DNA of 64,000 bases from Bacteroidia bacterium (GTDB lineage: Bacteria; Bacteroidota; Bacteroidia; UKL13-3). Below the pieces are notes generated by a model. It had not been told where the DNA came from and made no database searches. It saw only the letters and a program-made list of their open reading frames with translations. The DNA lies in the NCBI GenBank assembly GCA_044351265.1, contig JBILGC010000002.1, positions 19,797-83,796 on the forward strand. Reading direction: 5' to 3'. Of the stretch, positions 1 through 9,917 are shown piece by piece. Position 1 is the first letter of the stretch. Each line of letters begins with the position of its first letter. Made by a program: the position numbers and the translations under genes.

Positions 1-1358
1 TCAACCGTACCGGCCTCAGGGTTTGGCACAGGGTTTACATTTAATGCCTCAGGATTAAAATATCCAACCTGCGCAAGTTCACGCAAGGAGCGTGTAACAT
101 CAGATCTACTAAATAATTGTCCAGGTTTGGTTCGGAGTTCTCTGAGTATAACATGATCACTTGTTTTGGTATTTCCTGATACGGTAACTTTATTAATTCT
201 TGCTTGTGCTCCTTCGTTTATCCTAATTTCAAGATCTATCGAATCGTTTTCAACTAATACCTCAACAGGCTGCACATTAAAAAACAGATAGCCATCGTCC
301 ATATAAAGAGTACTAATATCCAGGCCATTCTGATTCATGTGCAATCTGGTATCTAACGTTGATTGGTCATACACATCTCCTTTGTTAATTTTAAGAATAC
401 TCATCAATTCTTCAGTGGTGTATTTGCTATTACCAATAAACTTTAGATCCCTGAAATAATATTTACGCCCTTCATTTAATACAATTTTAATATTAAGATT
501 CTTGGGGTCGTGGCGATAAACAGAGTCTGAAACAATTTCTATATCGCGAAAGCCAAGAGAAAGATATTTTTCAATGATGCGCTGTTTATCCTCCTGAAAC
601 TTATCATCCTCATACCTGGATTTGGCAAACAAACGGTGGCGAGATTTGGTATCTTTAAATAGCTTTCTGATCTTTTTATCGGTTAGAGCTGTGTTGCCTA
701 CAATATCAATTTCGTTAATTTTAATTTTAGGACCCCTGTTCACAGTAATTTTAAGCCTTGCTGTATTTTTTCTCGGGTCATCTAATTCCTGCTCAAATGT
801 TGCATCTGCATCTAAAAATCCTTTTTCTTTAAAGTGGCGTTTTATTTCGGTACGGGTTGCGGCAAGCATATTGTCTGTAATAATTTGACCTGACTTCAGT
901 GAAAGCTCTTCTCTTAAAGTATTTGCCTTACCTTTTTTAAGCCCTTTAATGGAAAAAGTTGAAAGCCTTGGTTTTTCCAGCAAAAATATTTCGAGCGCTA
1001 TTTTATCATTCTGTATTTCAAAAATCCTGATTTGAACATCATCAAACAGCTTTTGTTTCCATAAATTGGAAATGGCCTTTGAAATGTCATCAGAGGGAAT
1101 TTTTATTTTTTGCCCTACTGTTAGCCCTGATAAAATTTGCAACACACTTTTGTCGTAAAAATTGGTGCCGGTAATAACAATATTTACTAGCTCATACGTT
1201 TGGGGTCTTGAGTAATCTACAATGAGTGGTGCCGAAGGTTGCCCGGTGCTGTCGGCCTGAGCAAATAAGTTTTGAGGCGCAGTAAATGCCGCACAAATAA
1301 AAAGCAGATAAAGAAACCCTTTATGCCGGCTGGGCCATTTGTTCGCTGGTTTTTCCAA
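1..1358 (-). CDS. bamA: Outer membrane protein assembly factor BamA, N-terminal part; the C-terminus runs off the window start.
   Basis: Minus-strand translation gives a signal-peptide-like N-terminus (…KGFLYLLFICAAFTAPQNLFAQA) followed by POTRA-type repeats (…VNRGPKIKINEIDIVGNTALTDKKIRKLF…, …INKVTVSGNTKTSDHVILRELRTKPGQLFSRSDVTRSLRELAQVGYF…). It lies immediately downstream of uppS, as in the conserved Bacteroidota uppS-bamA arrangement. There is no in-frame ATG; the likely start is TTG at 1356-1358, overlapping the uppS 3' end. The ORF track missed it because it leaves the window. Confidence 0.85.
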   Translation of the reverse strand, partial: MEKPANKWPSRHKGFLYLLFICAAFTAPQNLFAQADSTGQPSAPLIVDYSRPQTYELVNIVITGTNFYDKSVLQILSGLTVGQKIKIPSDDISKAISNLWKQKLFDDVQIRIFEIQNDKIALEIFLLEKPRLSTFSIKGLKKGKANTLREELSLKSGQIITDNMLAATRTEIKRHFKEKGFLDADATFEQELDDPRKNTARLKITVNRGPKIKINEIDIVGNTALTDKKIRKLFKDTKSRHRLFAKSRYEDDKFQEDKQRIIEKYLSLGFRDIEIVSDSVYRHDPKNLNIKIVLNEGRKYYFRDLKFIGNSKYTTEELMSILKINKGDVYDQSTLDTRLHMNQNGLDISTLYMDDGYLFFNVQPVEVLVENDSIDLEIRINEGAQARINKVTVSGNTKTSDHVILRELRTKPGQLFSRSDVTRSLRELAQVGYFNPEALNVNPVPNPEAGTV

Positions 1359-2070
1359 ATCTTCTTTCGCGGTTTTGATAATTAATTATTGCTTCAAACA
1401 AATCTTCTTTGGTAAAATCTGGCCAAAGCTTTGGGCTAAAATACAATTCGCTGTAGGCAATTTCCCAAAGTAAAAAATTGCTAATGCGTTGCTCCCCGCT
1501 GGTTCTAATCATCAGTTCCGGATGTGGGTATGCTGAGGTTGAAAGATGTGTATTAATAATATTTTCATCAATCGCTTCGGGTATAATTAAGCCCTCGTTA
1601 ACCTGTTTGGCTATTTCCTTAACCGAATTCACTATATCCCATTTTGCGCTGTAGCTTAACGCTAAAACGAGTGTCATTCGTGTGTTTTTTTCAGTTTCTC
1701 TGATTGATTCTTCTAATTCTGCTCTGCATTTAATTGGCAGGTCCTCTATATTTCCGATACTTTGTAACCTAATGCCATTTTTCATTAGGGTAGGCGTTTC
1801 CTTTCTGATTGTTGAAACAAGCAGTTCCATAAGGGCATTTATTTCCTCTTTGGGCCTGCTCCAGTTTTCGGTTGAAAAAGCATAGAGCGTAAGGTATTGA
1901 ACACCGAGCTCAGCGCAGGCTTCCGTTGTTTCCCTCACTGCTTTTACCCCATTTTGATGGCCAAAAATTCGAAATTTGCCCTTACCCTTGGCCCAACGGC
2001 CATTGCCGTCCATAATGATGGCAATGTGTTTAGGAAGTTTATTTAGAAGTATGTTCTGCTTTTGACTCAT
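1321..2070 (-). CDS. uppS: Isoprenyl transferase / undecaprenyl-diphosphate synthase
   Basis: 249 aa. Cis-prenyltransferase signatures: HIAIIMDGNGRWA near the N-terminus, and …ELMIRTSGEQRISNFLLWEIAYSELYF… at the C-terminus. Adjacent to bamA. Confidence 0.95.
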   Translation of the reverse strand: MSQKQNILLNKLPKHIAIIMDGNGRWAKGKGKFRIFGHQNGVKAVRETTEACAELGVQYLTLYAFSTENWSRPKEEINALMELLVSTIRKETPTLMKNGIRLQSIGNIEDLPIKCRAELEESIRETEKNTRMTLVLALSYSAKWDIVNSVKEIAKQVNEGLIIPEAIDENIINTHLSTSAYPHPELMIRTSGEQRISNFLLWEIAYSELYFSPKLWPDFTKEDLFEAIINYQNRERRFGKTSEQMAQPA

Positions 2071-2091
2071 TTAAACGGGCAAGGTGCAAAA

Positions 2092-2889
2092 TTAATAAAA
2101 TCTTGCACACTTAATCCTACTATAAAATCTGTAGGTTAAACTAATGCCGCCCATCATATACCAGTCATCAAAATCGCTATTTCCTCTTCTATATCCTTCT
2201 TTGCTGGTAAATGCTTGCCCTGAAATCTCAACCGAACGATCGCTTAATAAGGCTGCCAATTCACCATTATTCTCTAAGATAGACAATACATTAGGGTAGG
2301 TTCCGCTCACATCATCTAGATAATCGGAGTAAAGCCTCCTAAACCCTACATTCCCTTCAAGTGCAAAATGTTTGGTCATACGCCACTTAAAACCCATTCC
2401 AAAAGGAACAGAAACAGCTAGTGTGCTGTATTTTTTCCCTTCAGTTTGAATATTGGGTAAATCAATCCAAAGCCCATTAGCATTGGCCTGTGGATTAAAT
2501 CCCGTTGCTGCAAAACCTGCAAAAATATAGGTAGTATATGGCTTGTCAAGTACGCCAACGCCATACTTAAAAAAATTGAACTCGACAAGCGTAGCCACTT
2601 CATAAATGCTTGACCGGAAACTAAGGTTTCGGTATTGATTCTCTATAAAATTCTGATCACTGCCTGATACCATCCCAACCGAAAAAGAGCCTGTAAAAGC
2701 AAATGATGGTGAAATATTGTACCGTCCGAAAATCGCTCCTGCAGGATTTATTTCAGTTAAAACGGGGGTTGGTGCAAGGTCTCCAAAATAGTTACTAAAG
2801 CCAATAGTTGTTCCAATCTCAATTTCCTGAGCAAAGGCCGAAGGTAGGGCTACCAAAGAAAAGCAAAAGCAGAGAAAGGATTTATGCAC
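2092..2889 (-). CDS. Outer-membrane beta-barrel protein, DUF6089-like; paralog 1 of 3
   Basis: 265 aa. Signal peptide (…LVALPSAFAQE). Alternating amphipathic beta-strand pattern rich in G/Y/F. C-terminal aromatic motif …KCARFY, typical of beta-barrel OMP termini. Paralogous to the two genes immediately upstream. Confidence 0.6.
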   Translation of the reverse strand: MHKSFLCFCFSLVALPSAFAQEIEIGTTIGFSNYFGDLAPTPVLTEINPAGAIFGRYNISPSFAFTGSFSVGMVSGSDQNFIENQYRNLSFRSSIYEVATLVEFNFFKYGVGVLDKPYTTYIFAGFAATGFNPQANANGLWIDLPNIQTEGKKYSTLAVSVPFGMGFKWRMTKHFALEGNVGFRRLYSDYLDDVSGTYPNVLSILENNGELAALLSDRSVEISGQAFTSKEGYRRGNSDFDDWYMMGGISLTYRFYSRIKCARFY

Positions 2890-2901
2890 GTTAATAAAAC
2901 G

Positions 2902-3756
2902 TTAGAACTTAGGGCATTTCATTCCTTGAGGGACAAATCTATACGTTATCGAAATGCCACCCAAAATATAAATATCGTTAAGCGGCATCCACTTTTTGGA
3001 CCTGCTCCTGCCTTCGGCAAAAGTTGGAAAGCCTAAAGGGTTAACTTCGGCACTACGATCAGCCAGAGCACCAGCAACTTCACCGCTCGCCCTTCTTACC
3101 ACATTGTTATTGGCAAACTTTCCGCCTATATCATCCAAATAATTTGTAAAGGTATACCGCAAACCCCCTTCGATTCCAAATGTAAAATGCTTACCGAACC
3201 TTTTCTTAAGGCCAACACCTAATGGAATTGAAATCTGTGTTAACGCATACTTTTCACGATCATTATATTCAGTGGTGCCTTGGCCTTCTGTTCCAAGTGG
3301 CTGTAACTCGTATTCTCTTCCTTTATACGTAGTTCTTGGATTAAAGTTAAAAATTGCCAAACCTGAAAACAAATAAGGGATGACCCTATTTGTGCTATTG
3401 TACCCTAACTTGTTTTTAATCAGGTTTAATTCAATCTGGGCTGATACTTCAAAAATATCGCTTATAAAACTCAGATTGCGTAACTTGTCTCTGCTGCTTG
3501 TGCTAATGGAGTCTGCTCCGGAAATTCTTCCATATCCGATAAAACCTTTAACAGCCCAGCGCTCATTAATATTATATCTGCCAAGTATTGCTGCTGAAGG
3601 GTGTATATGAGAAGGAGATAATTGCTGACCGTTTAAATCGCCATAATACGTTGAAGCTCCCAATAAAACACCAAACTCAATACTTGTTTGTGCACGAATT
3701 GCTCCGGGAAGGACAATTAATGTAAATATTTTTAGCAGACTGATTTTAAACTTCAT
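2902..3756 (-). CDS. Outer-membrane beta-barrel protein, DUF6089-like; paralog 2 of 3
   Basis: 284 aa. Signal peptide (…LPGAIRAQT). Shares motifs with its neighbours (…YYGDL…, …ILGRYNI…, …NYLDDIGG…). C-terminus …KCPKF. Confidence 0.6.
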   Translation of the reverse strand: MKFKISLLKIFTLIVLPGAIRAQTSIEFGVLLGASTYYGDLNGQQLSPSHIHPSAAILGRYNINERWAVKGFIGYGRISGADSISTSSRDKLRNLSFISDIFEVSAQIELNLIKNKLGYNSTNRVIPYLFSGLAIFNFNPRTTYKGREYELQPLGTEGQGTTEYNDREKYALTQISIPLGVGLKKRFGKHFTFGIEGGLRYTFTNYLDDIGGKFANNNVVRRASGEVAGALADRSAEVNPLGFPTFAEGRSRSKKWMPLNDIYILGGISITYRFVPQGMKCPKF

Positions 3757-3809
3757 TAAACAATCTAAGGATTAGAGTAAATGATTGGCTAGCCACATTA
3801 TTGATCTGA

Positions 3810-4661
3810 TTAATAAAACCTAGGACACCTAATCGCTTTTCCAAAACTGCGGCCCTTACTTCCTACCTGTTTGCCTAGTCTATATGCAATGGTTAACGAG
3901 CCAATAACATATAAGTCGTTAATATTTAAAAAGGCGCCTCCCATTTTTCCTCGTAAATCTCCAGGATTTTTATTTGCTAGTGCTCCACTGTAGGCATTAA
4001 TTGTACTCGTTGGGAAGGGAGTATTGGCCGGATCCTGATATACATCTGTACCACCAATATCATCTATATAGGAAGTAGATGTGTATCTTAATCCAAGGTC
4101 AAAACCAACCATATAATTTCTGAATAAATAATATCTGAATCCTACGCCCATAGGTAAACAAATAGCTATATTACTGTAATCCACTCCAGATAATTTAAGC
4201 TCCCTTAGACTCTGTTCCTGTCCACTCGGAAGTATTGTCTGAGGCTTATAATAAAAAGCCCCAACTCCTAAATAAATATAAGGAATCAGTGGATTCTTTA
4301 TTATTCTTCCTGAATTCCTATCTTCAATCAAGTTAAACTCTAAAACGCCTGAAGCTTCAAGAATATCTGTAAAGAAATTCCAATTCCGTTGATTTTGCCA
4401 GGTACTTTTTGTGCTTAAAGCATCGTCACCGGATACCCTTGCATATACTCCATTAGCAGTTATTGCGAACCTATCTCCTAAATGATACCTCAAGAAGACC
4501 CCAGCACTATATCTAGCCGTAGAAGGGGTGAATTCGTTTACTACATCCCCATAGTAATAAGCTCCTCCAATGGCAACACCAATATCTGCTTTTTGAGCAA
4601 AAAGGAAATTTACGCTGCTAATCAACAAGATAAACGACAGATAAGGCTTTTTAAAAGTCAT
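3810..4661 (-). CDS. Outer-membrane beta-barrel protein, DUF6089-like; paralog 3 of 3
   Basis: 283 aa. Signal peptide (…NFLFAQK). Shares motifs (…YYYGDV…, …SYIDDIGG…). C-terminus …RCPRFY. Confidence 0.6.
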   Translation of the reverse strand: MTFKKPYLSFILLISSVNFLFAQKADIGVAIGGAYYYGDVVNEFTPSTARYSAGVFLRYHLGDRFAITANGVYARVSGDDALSTKSTWQNQRNWNFFTDILEASGVLEFNLIEDRNSGRIIKNPLIPYIYLGVGAFYYKPQTILPSGQEQSLRELKLSGVDYSNIAICLPMGVGFRYYLFRNYMVGFDLGLRYTSTSYIDDIGGTDVYQDPANTPFPTSTINAYSGALANKNPGDLRGKMGGAFLNINDLYVIGSLTIAYRLGKQVGSKGRSFGKAIRCPRFY

Positions 4662-4746
4662 TTTTAACTAAATTCTTATTTACATCAAAAGTAGCCTAAT
4701 TATATGAAAACTCAATGGTTTTTTTGCTTCTGAAAAGAATCATGCA

Positions 4747-5631
4747 CTAAATATTTCGATTATCTAATCCCCACATAAGCTTTTTTCTTAGGGTTTTAAG
4801 ATAATTTTCCTGATTAAGCCTTGCTATCTTAAAGTTGAAATCCGCCTTTTTTATAGCCAACTGTGTGCTTGTGTTTATCGTTTCAGACCTGGAATCTAAT
4901 GAGATGAGAAAAGAGGTGCTTCTACCCTCAACTTCGAACGTAATAACTTGGTTATCTGGAATTACCATTGGCCTTACATTCAAGTTATGGGGCGCAATTG
5001 GTGTTATGAGAACACTTGATGAACCGGGATATAAAATTGGTCCTCCGCAACTCAACGAATAACCAGTAGATCCTGTTGGTGTTGAAATAATTAATCCATC
5101 TGACCAATAGGAATTTAAAAACTCTCCGTTAAGATAGGTGTGTATGGTAATCATAGCGGAGCTATCCTTTTTATGAATTACAAAATCATTCAATGCGTAG
5201 TTGGCTCCCCCAAACATTGCTTCACCTGATATGAGTTGAAGACATGACCGCTCTTCAATTGCATAATGTCCCTTCAGTACCTGGTCAACCAACATATCAA
5301 TTGGAACCTCCGCGTCTGCGGCCAAAAAGCCAAGTCGACCTGTATTTATCCCAAGCACCGGAATGGGCTGCTTGTGAACATAAGCCATTGTATCCAATAT
5401 GGTGCCGTCTCCACCAAAAACAATGAGAATATCCAAATCAAGTTTTTTAACCTCGTTGGCATCTGCAAAAGTTTGTGTTTGATTTACCTTGATACTATTG
5501 GCTACGCATTGGGCCAGAAACAACTCTTCTGTTGCATAATTAACCCCACGCTGATGGAGAGAATTATAAAGTTGCTGAATCTTTTCTGCAAATTCTTTTT
5601 TATAAATTCTGCCATATATACCAATTTTCAT
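4747..5631 (-). CDS. nadK: NAD kinase
   Basis: 294 aa. GGDGT motif (…ILIVFGGDGTILDT…) and the …NDFVIHK… / …TPTGSTGYSLSCGGPI… motifs of the PpnK/NadK family. Confidence 0.92.
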   Translation of the reverse strand: MKIGIYGRIYKKEFAEKIQQLYNSLHQRGVNYATEELFLAQCVANSIKVNQTQTFADANEVKKLDLDILIVFGGDGTILDTMAYVHKQPIPVLGINTGRLGFLAADAEVPIDMLVDQVLKGHYAIEERSCLQLISGEAMFGGANYALNDFVIHKKDSSAMITIHTYLNGEFLNSYWSDGLIISTPTGSTGYSLSCGGPILYPGSSSVLITPIAPHNLNVRPMVIPDNQVITFEVEGRSTSFLISLDSRSETINTSTQLAIKKADFNFKIARLNQENYLKTLRKKLMWGLDNRNI

Positions 5632-5634
5632 AAT

Positions 5635-6297
5635 TTAGGTATTAAGGTACTTTAGTAACCAATCAAGCCTGCCGGACATATCAGATGGTGAATCAGAAAA
5701 TTGATGAACGGAAGTAATAACGTAACCGTATCTTTCCAGTGCGGCAAGAACACTCTTCACCTCAGTTGTATTAAGTTTTAATGATGCGGTTACTTTACTA
5801 CTTTCCTTATCTGCCGGAAATAAAAACAAGCCAATTATTTTTTGATCATTGTATTCAATAATCCTGGAAAGCTCTGCTAAAGAATAATCTCTTGCGTGAA
5901 ACTCTAGATTAATTATCGACCCGGGCTGAGCAAGTGATGATTCTCCTAATGTGCTTAGCAAATGGGATGAAGTAACAATGCCTTCATACTTGCCTTCATC
6001 AGATTGCAAAACCGGTAAACAAGAAAGCCCTGAAACCGAAAATAGTTTAATCAATTCAAAAATATGATCGCGAGATTGAGGCAGCTTTATCTGATAAGGC
6101 TTGATATATTTATCAACTTTATCTGATTCCTCTTGATCCCTGATATCATCTATTAAAACCATGCCCAAAACCTTATTCTCGCTTACAACAGGCAGTTGCT
6201 GCTGCTTCCAGTCTTCAAAAAATATTTTTGCGGCTGAAATTTTATCCTCCTTTTTCAGACAAAACACTTCGTTAGATAATAAATCAGTTAATATCAT
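5635..6297 (-). CDS. CBS-domain protein
   Basis: 220 aa. Two CBS-like segments (…LPVVSENKVLGMVLIDDI…; …LPVLQSDEGKYEGIVTSSHLL…). The C-terminal part is unassigned. Confidence 0.55.
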   Translation of the reverse strand: MILTDLLSNEVFCLKKEDKISAAKIFFEDWKQQQLPVVSENKVLGMVLIDDIRDQEESDKVDKYIKPYQIKLPQSRDHIFELIKLFSVSGLSCLPVLQSDEGKYEGIVTSSHLLSTLGESSLAQPGSIINLEFHARDYSLAELSRIIEYNDQKIIGLFLFPADKESSKVTASLKLNTTEVKSVLAALERYGYVITSVHQFSDSPSDMSGRLDWLLKYLNT

Positions 6298-6303
6298 TGT
6301 ATA

Positions 6304-7071
6304 TTAAACAGAAAATACCTTTGCCAGAAATGTATCAACGATATGATTAAACTCAGACGGCTTTTCCATCATAGGTGCATGCCCGCATTGTTCTAAAAAA
6401 TATAGTTCTGAGCGTGGCAACAACTCATGGAACTCCTCTGCCACTTCCGGAGGGGTAATGGTGTCCTGTTTGCCCCATATTAAGCATGTTGGTTGTGTAA
6501 AGCCCGGTAAATCTTTACGCATGTTATGGCGTATTGCAGATTTTGCCATCGTTAATATGCGTAAAACTTTTCCTTTATCCTGAAGTGTATCATATACTTC
6601 ATCAACCAAATCATCAGTAGTTGATGCAGGATCGTAGAAGGTTAATTGAATACGCTCTCTTAAATAAGCTTTATCACCTTTCTTAGGGTAAGAAGCCCCA
6701 AATGCACTCTCATATAAACCCGAACTTCCGGTTAGCACCAATGAATTCACCTTTTGCGGGTATTTTTTAATAAACACTAAACCAACATGGCCTCCTAATG
6801 AATTGCCTAGAAAATTAACTTGCTTGAACCCTTTATAATCAATAAATTCATTGATAAAATTGGCTAAACCCTCTACGCTTAATGACAGAATATTCATCTC
6901 AAAAATCGGCATGAGTGGTATAACGACCTTATATTTTGGAGAGAAATGATTTAAAACATCTTTCCAGTTGCTTAAAGCCCCAAATAATCCGTGAAGTAGC
7001 AAAAGAACCTCTCCCTCTCCTTCCTCAATATATTTAAACTTGCCTTCTTGTTTTAAGTTAACTTCCATCAA
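6304..7071 (-). CDS. Alpha/beta-fold hydrolase
   Basis: 255 aa. …LLLHGLFG… followed by a nucleophile elbow GNSLGG (GxSxG). Confidence 0.75.
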   Translation of the reverse strand: MMEVNLKQEGKFKYIEEGEGEVLLLLHGLFGALSNWKDVLNHFSPKYKVVIPLMPIFEMNILSLSVEGLANFINEFIDYKGFKQVNFLGNSLGGHVGLVFIKKYPQKVNSLVLTGSSGLYESAFGASYPKKGDKAYLRERIQLTFYDPASTTDDLVDEVYDTLQDKGKVLRILTMAKSAIRHNMRKDLPGFTQPTCLIWGKQDTITPPEVAEEFHELLPRSELYFLEQCGHAPMMEKPSEFNHIVDTFLAKVFSV

Positions 7072-7103
7072 TAATTATTACGGGTGAAACAAAGATATAA
7101 AAA

Positions 7104-7682
7104 TTAAACACTAGCAAGTGTTTTAACTTCTTTTAAAAAATTCTGAATAATCTTCATACCATCTTTGGTTAAGCACGATTCTGGATGAAATTGGATGCCC
7201 CAAACCGGCAAGCTCTTATGCTTAATTGCCATTACCTCATTATCTCGGGTCCATGCCTGCATTTCCAAAGAATCACCCAATTTTGTTAGGATCAAAGAAT
7301 GATAGCGGGTGGCAGAAAATTCATTCATGCCATCAAACAATTGTCTGTTAGAACAATAAATAGTATCAACCTTACCATGTTTGGGTGCTGTTGCTAAGCC
7401 AAGCTCCGCTCCACAAAACTCACCAATTGCCTGATGCCCCAGACAAACCCCTAAAACAGGATAACTTTGAACAATAAATGGCAAAACTGTCATTAGCAAT
7501 CCTGCATCAGCCGGCCTGCCCGGACCCGGAGATATAACCACAGCATCAGGCTTTATCTCATCAATTTCCTTCTCTGTTAGCACATCGTTTCTCATAACAA
7601 CGCACATTGCCCCGGCCTGCAACAAATAATCACACAGCATGTATGTGAAAGAGTCGAAGTTATCTATAAGTAAAATTTTCAC
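7104..7682 (-). CDS. Glutamine amidotransferase, component II of anthranilate / aminodeoxychorismate synthase (TrpG/PabA type)
   Basis: 192 aa. …ILLIDNFDSFTY…, …ISPGPGRP…, and a catalytic …GVCLGHQAIG… Cys-His class-I GATase. No partner component I gene is adjacent. Confidence 0.9.
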   Translation of the reverse strand: MKILLIDNFDSFTYMLCDYLLQAGAMCVVMRNDVLTEKEIDEIKPDAVVISPGPGRPADAGLLMTVLPFIVQSYPVLGVCLGHQAIGEFCGAELGLATAPKHGKVDTIYCSNRQLFDGMNEFSATRYHSLILTKLGDSLEMQAWTRDNEVMAIKHKSLPVWGIQFHPESCLTKDGMKIIQNFLKEVKTLASV

Positions 7683-7771
7683 GTTTATAAGAAATTTGAT
7701 TCCTTAATATAGATGGTTTATTTACTATTAAGAAAATCTATAAATTGCGAACCTATTATTAAATAATTAAA

Positions 7772-8452
7772 ATGCCTACCATTAACTGGTTAAGAAAAGA
7801 ATTTTATTACGGATACGATAGTGGAGACGTATTATCTGTAATACCAAATTGGAGAAGATTTAATGAAGAGCGCATCATTGGCGGCTCATACCGAAATGTT
7901 TTTTTGAAGGGCGCTTTACCCTACCTGAAGCCTAATTCTAAGGTAATGGAATTGGGGCCCGGAAGAGGTTCTTGGAGCCGCGCTATTATGCAGTATATTC
8001 CTCAAGGGAAATTAACCACGCTCGACTTTCAGGATGTAAGGCAATGGCTACACCCGGAGAAATACAATATGCGTATGGATAATATTCAAGTAAACGATAA
8101 CACGTTTAGTGCGGTTCCTGATAATTCCTTTGATTTCTTCTGGTCATTCGGAGTATTGTGTCATAATAATATACACGACATTAGAGAAATATTAAAAAAC
8201 GCATTGCCTAAAATGAAAAAGGGGGCTTATGCCGTTCATATGTATGGTGATTGGGAAAAGTTGGAGAAATGGGGATGGAGAAAAGGGAAAGTACCTCTTG
8301 AATTTAAAAACAAGCCTGATGATGAAATTTGGTGGCCAAGAAACAACCAAAAAGAAATGACTGCGGCAGCAGAAGCAGCTGGTTGGGAAGTGGTTTCTCC
8401 GGATTTAGGAATTGTAAAAAGAGACTCCATTATTTTACTTAGAGCTAAATAA
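7772..8452 (+). CDS. Class I SAM-dependent methyltransferase
   Basis: 226 aa. Gly-rich SAM motif …VMELGPGRGSWS… and the downstream acidic-loop pattern. First gene of a tightly overlapping plus-strand operon. Confidence 0.65.
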   Translation: MPTINWLRKEFYYGYDSGDVLSVIPNWRRFNEERIIGGSYRNVFLKGALPYLKPNSKVMELGPGRGSWSRAIMQYIPQGKLTTLDFQDVRQWLHPEKYNMRMDNIQVNDNTFSAVPDNSFDFFWSFGVLCHNNIHDIREILKNALPKMKKGAYAVHMYGDWEKLEKWGWRKGKVPLEFKNKPDDEIWWPRNNQKEMTAAAEAAGWEVVSPDLGIVKRDSIILLRAK

Positions 8453-8453
8453 T

Positions 8454-9065
8454 TTGCTGGCGATTTTAACCAAACTTTGGAAGCTGATACCGGCACATAG
8501 GCTACAGAACCAATGGAATAAAGCCTTCCTTGCTAATGATGCCCTTTTTGAGTCGTCAACCCACTTGCATAAGGGTGCTCAAATTTTAAATCTCCAAAAA
8601 GATAAAAGGCAAATTAAAATTGGGCACAATACACATATAAGAGGCGAGCTGTTGATTTTTGCTCATGGAGGCGAAATAAACATAGGTAATTATTGCTATG
8701 TGGGAGAAGGAGCAAAAATATGGTCTGCAAAAAAAATAAAAATTGGTAGCTATGTACTCATAGCACATGGGGTAAACATCCATGATAATATTTCTCATCC
8801 AATAAATGCTGAGTTAAGGAGAAAACATACAGAACAAATTATTCATCAAGGTCACCCTAAAAAAGATATTGAGTTGAAAGAAAAAGAAGTTTTAATTATG
8901 GATGATGCATGGATCGGATTTAATTCTACCATACTGCGCGGAGTTACTATTGGGCGAGGGGCGGTAATTGGAGCATGTAGTGTGGTTACTGAAAGTGTAC
9001 CCGATTATGCCATAGTTGTTGGAAATCCAGCCCGAATAATCGGATACGCAAATAAGCAGGCATGA
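8454..9065 (+). CDS. Hexapeptide-repeat (left-handed beta-helix) acetyl/acyltransferase
   Basis: 203 aa. Tandem hexapeptide repeats (…IGNYCYVGEGAKIWS…IGSYVLIAHGVNIHDN…DDAWIGFNSTILRGVTIGRGAVIGACSVVTESVP…VVGNPARIIG). The stop overlaps the next start. Confidence 0.85.
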   Translation: MLAILTKLWKLIPAHRLQNQWNKAFLANDALFESSTHLHKGAQILNLQKDKRQIKIGHNTHIRGELLIFAHGGEINIGNYCYVGEGAKIWSAKKIKIGSYVLIAHGVNIHDNISHPINAELRRKHTEQIIHQGHPKKDIELKEKEVLIMDDAWIGFNSTILRGVTIGRGAVIGACSVVTESVPDYAIVVGNPARIIGYANKQA

Positions 9066-9913
9066 TAAAAACACTTAAACATACTCTTGTTCCTTTAAGA
9101 AAGTTGGTTTACATGCTTACGGGCAAAAAACCTTGGAGCTATGGCTACAATGATACACGCTGGGCAAACATAGCACAGAGTATACGCAGCAATTCACTTT
9201 TGGCCGATTTCAATAAAGGCTTTATTCCTCAAGAATTTGGAATTGGCTTTGATGAACGAGTTGTTGAATACCCCTGGATATTCAGCAAAATCAAAAAAGA
9301 TAAATCTACGTTCTTAGATGCAGGATCAACCTTCAATTTTCCCGAAATTATTTCTCATCATAACTTGGCTGATGAAACATTAACAATTTTCACCTATTAC
9401 CCTGAGCCAAATAATTTTTATCAGAAACGTGTTTCTTACGTTTATGGTGATTTGAGAGAAATGCCTTTCCCCTCGGCTTATTTTAATCAGGTGGTTTGCC
9501 AATCTACCATTGAGCATGTAGATATGGATAATAGCATTTATGGATATGAACTGAAAAAAAACGAAAATGAAGCTGTTAAAAGTTATGAATATTTAAAAGT
9601 GGTCGATGAACTGATTAGGGTGCTTAAGCCAGGAGGGCAGTTATTACTGACCTTTCCTTACGGCAAATTCGAAAATCATGGTTTTTTCCAGCAGTTCGAT
9701 TCAGAAATGGTAAATCGGATGGCGTTGGAGATGCAAAAATATGGCAGCTTTAAAGACGAGTATATAGCTTATTACAAAAATGGGTGGAAATTTGAAACTG
9801 CAGCGGTCTGCAAAAGCTTTGTTTCTTTTAATCCACATACAGGAAAAGGTAAAAGCAACGATGGGGCTGCACATTGCCGGTGTGTGTGCTGCATAACATT
9901 TATTAAACAGTGA
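9062..9913 (+). CDS. SAM-dependent methyltransferase (Methyltransf_11-like)
   Basis: 283 aa. …FLDAGSTFNF… and the motif post-I/II …VLKPGGQLLLTFPYG…. Confidence 0.6.
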   Translation: MIKTLKHTLVPLRKLVYMLTGKKPWSYGYNDTRWANIAQSIRSNSLLADFNKGFIPQEFGIGFDERVVEYPWIFSKIKKDKSTFLDAGSTFNFPEIISHHNLADETLTIFTYYPEPNNFYQKRVSYVYGDLREMPFPSAYFNQVVCQSTIEHVDMDNSIYGYELKKNENEAVKSYEYLKVVDELIRVLKPGGQLLLTFPYGKFENHGFFQQFDSEMVNRMALEMQKYGSFKDEYIAYYKNGWKFETAAVCKSFVSFNPHTGKGKSNDGAAHCRCVCCITFIKQ

Positions 9914-9917
9914 TACC

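Noticed and set aside
622-888. 88-aa plus-strand ORF inside the bamA region
   Set aside because: It lies entirely antisense to the POTRA-domain coding sequence of bamA and shows a hydrophobic low-complexity translation. It is a shadow ORF.
5266-5655. 129-aa plus-strand ORF antisense to nadK
   Set aside because: It fully overlaps the strongly conserved nadK coding frame. No independent signal.
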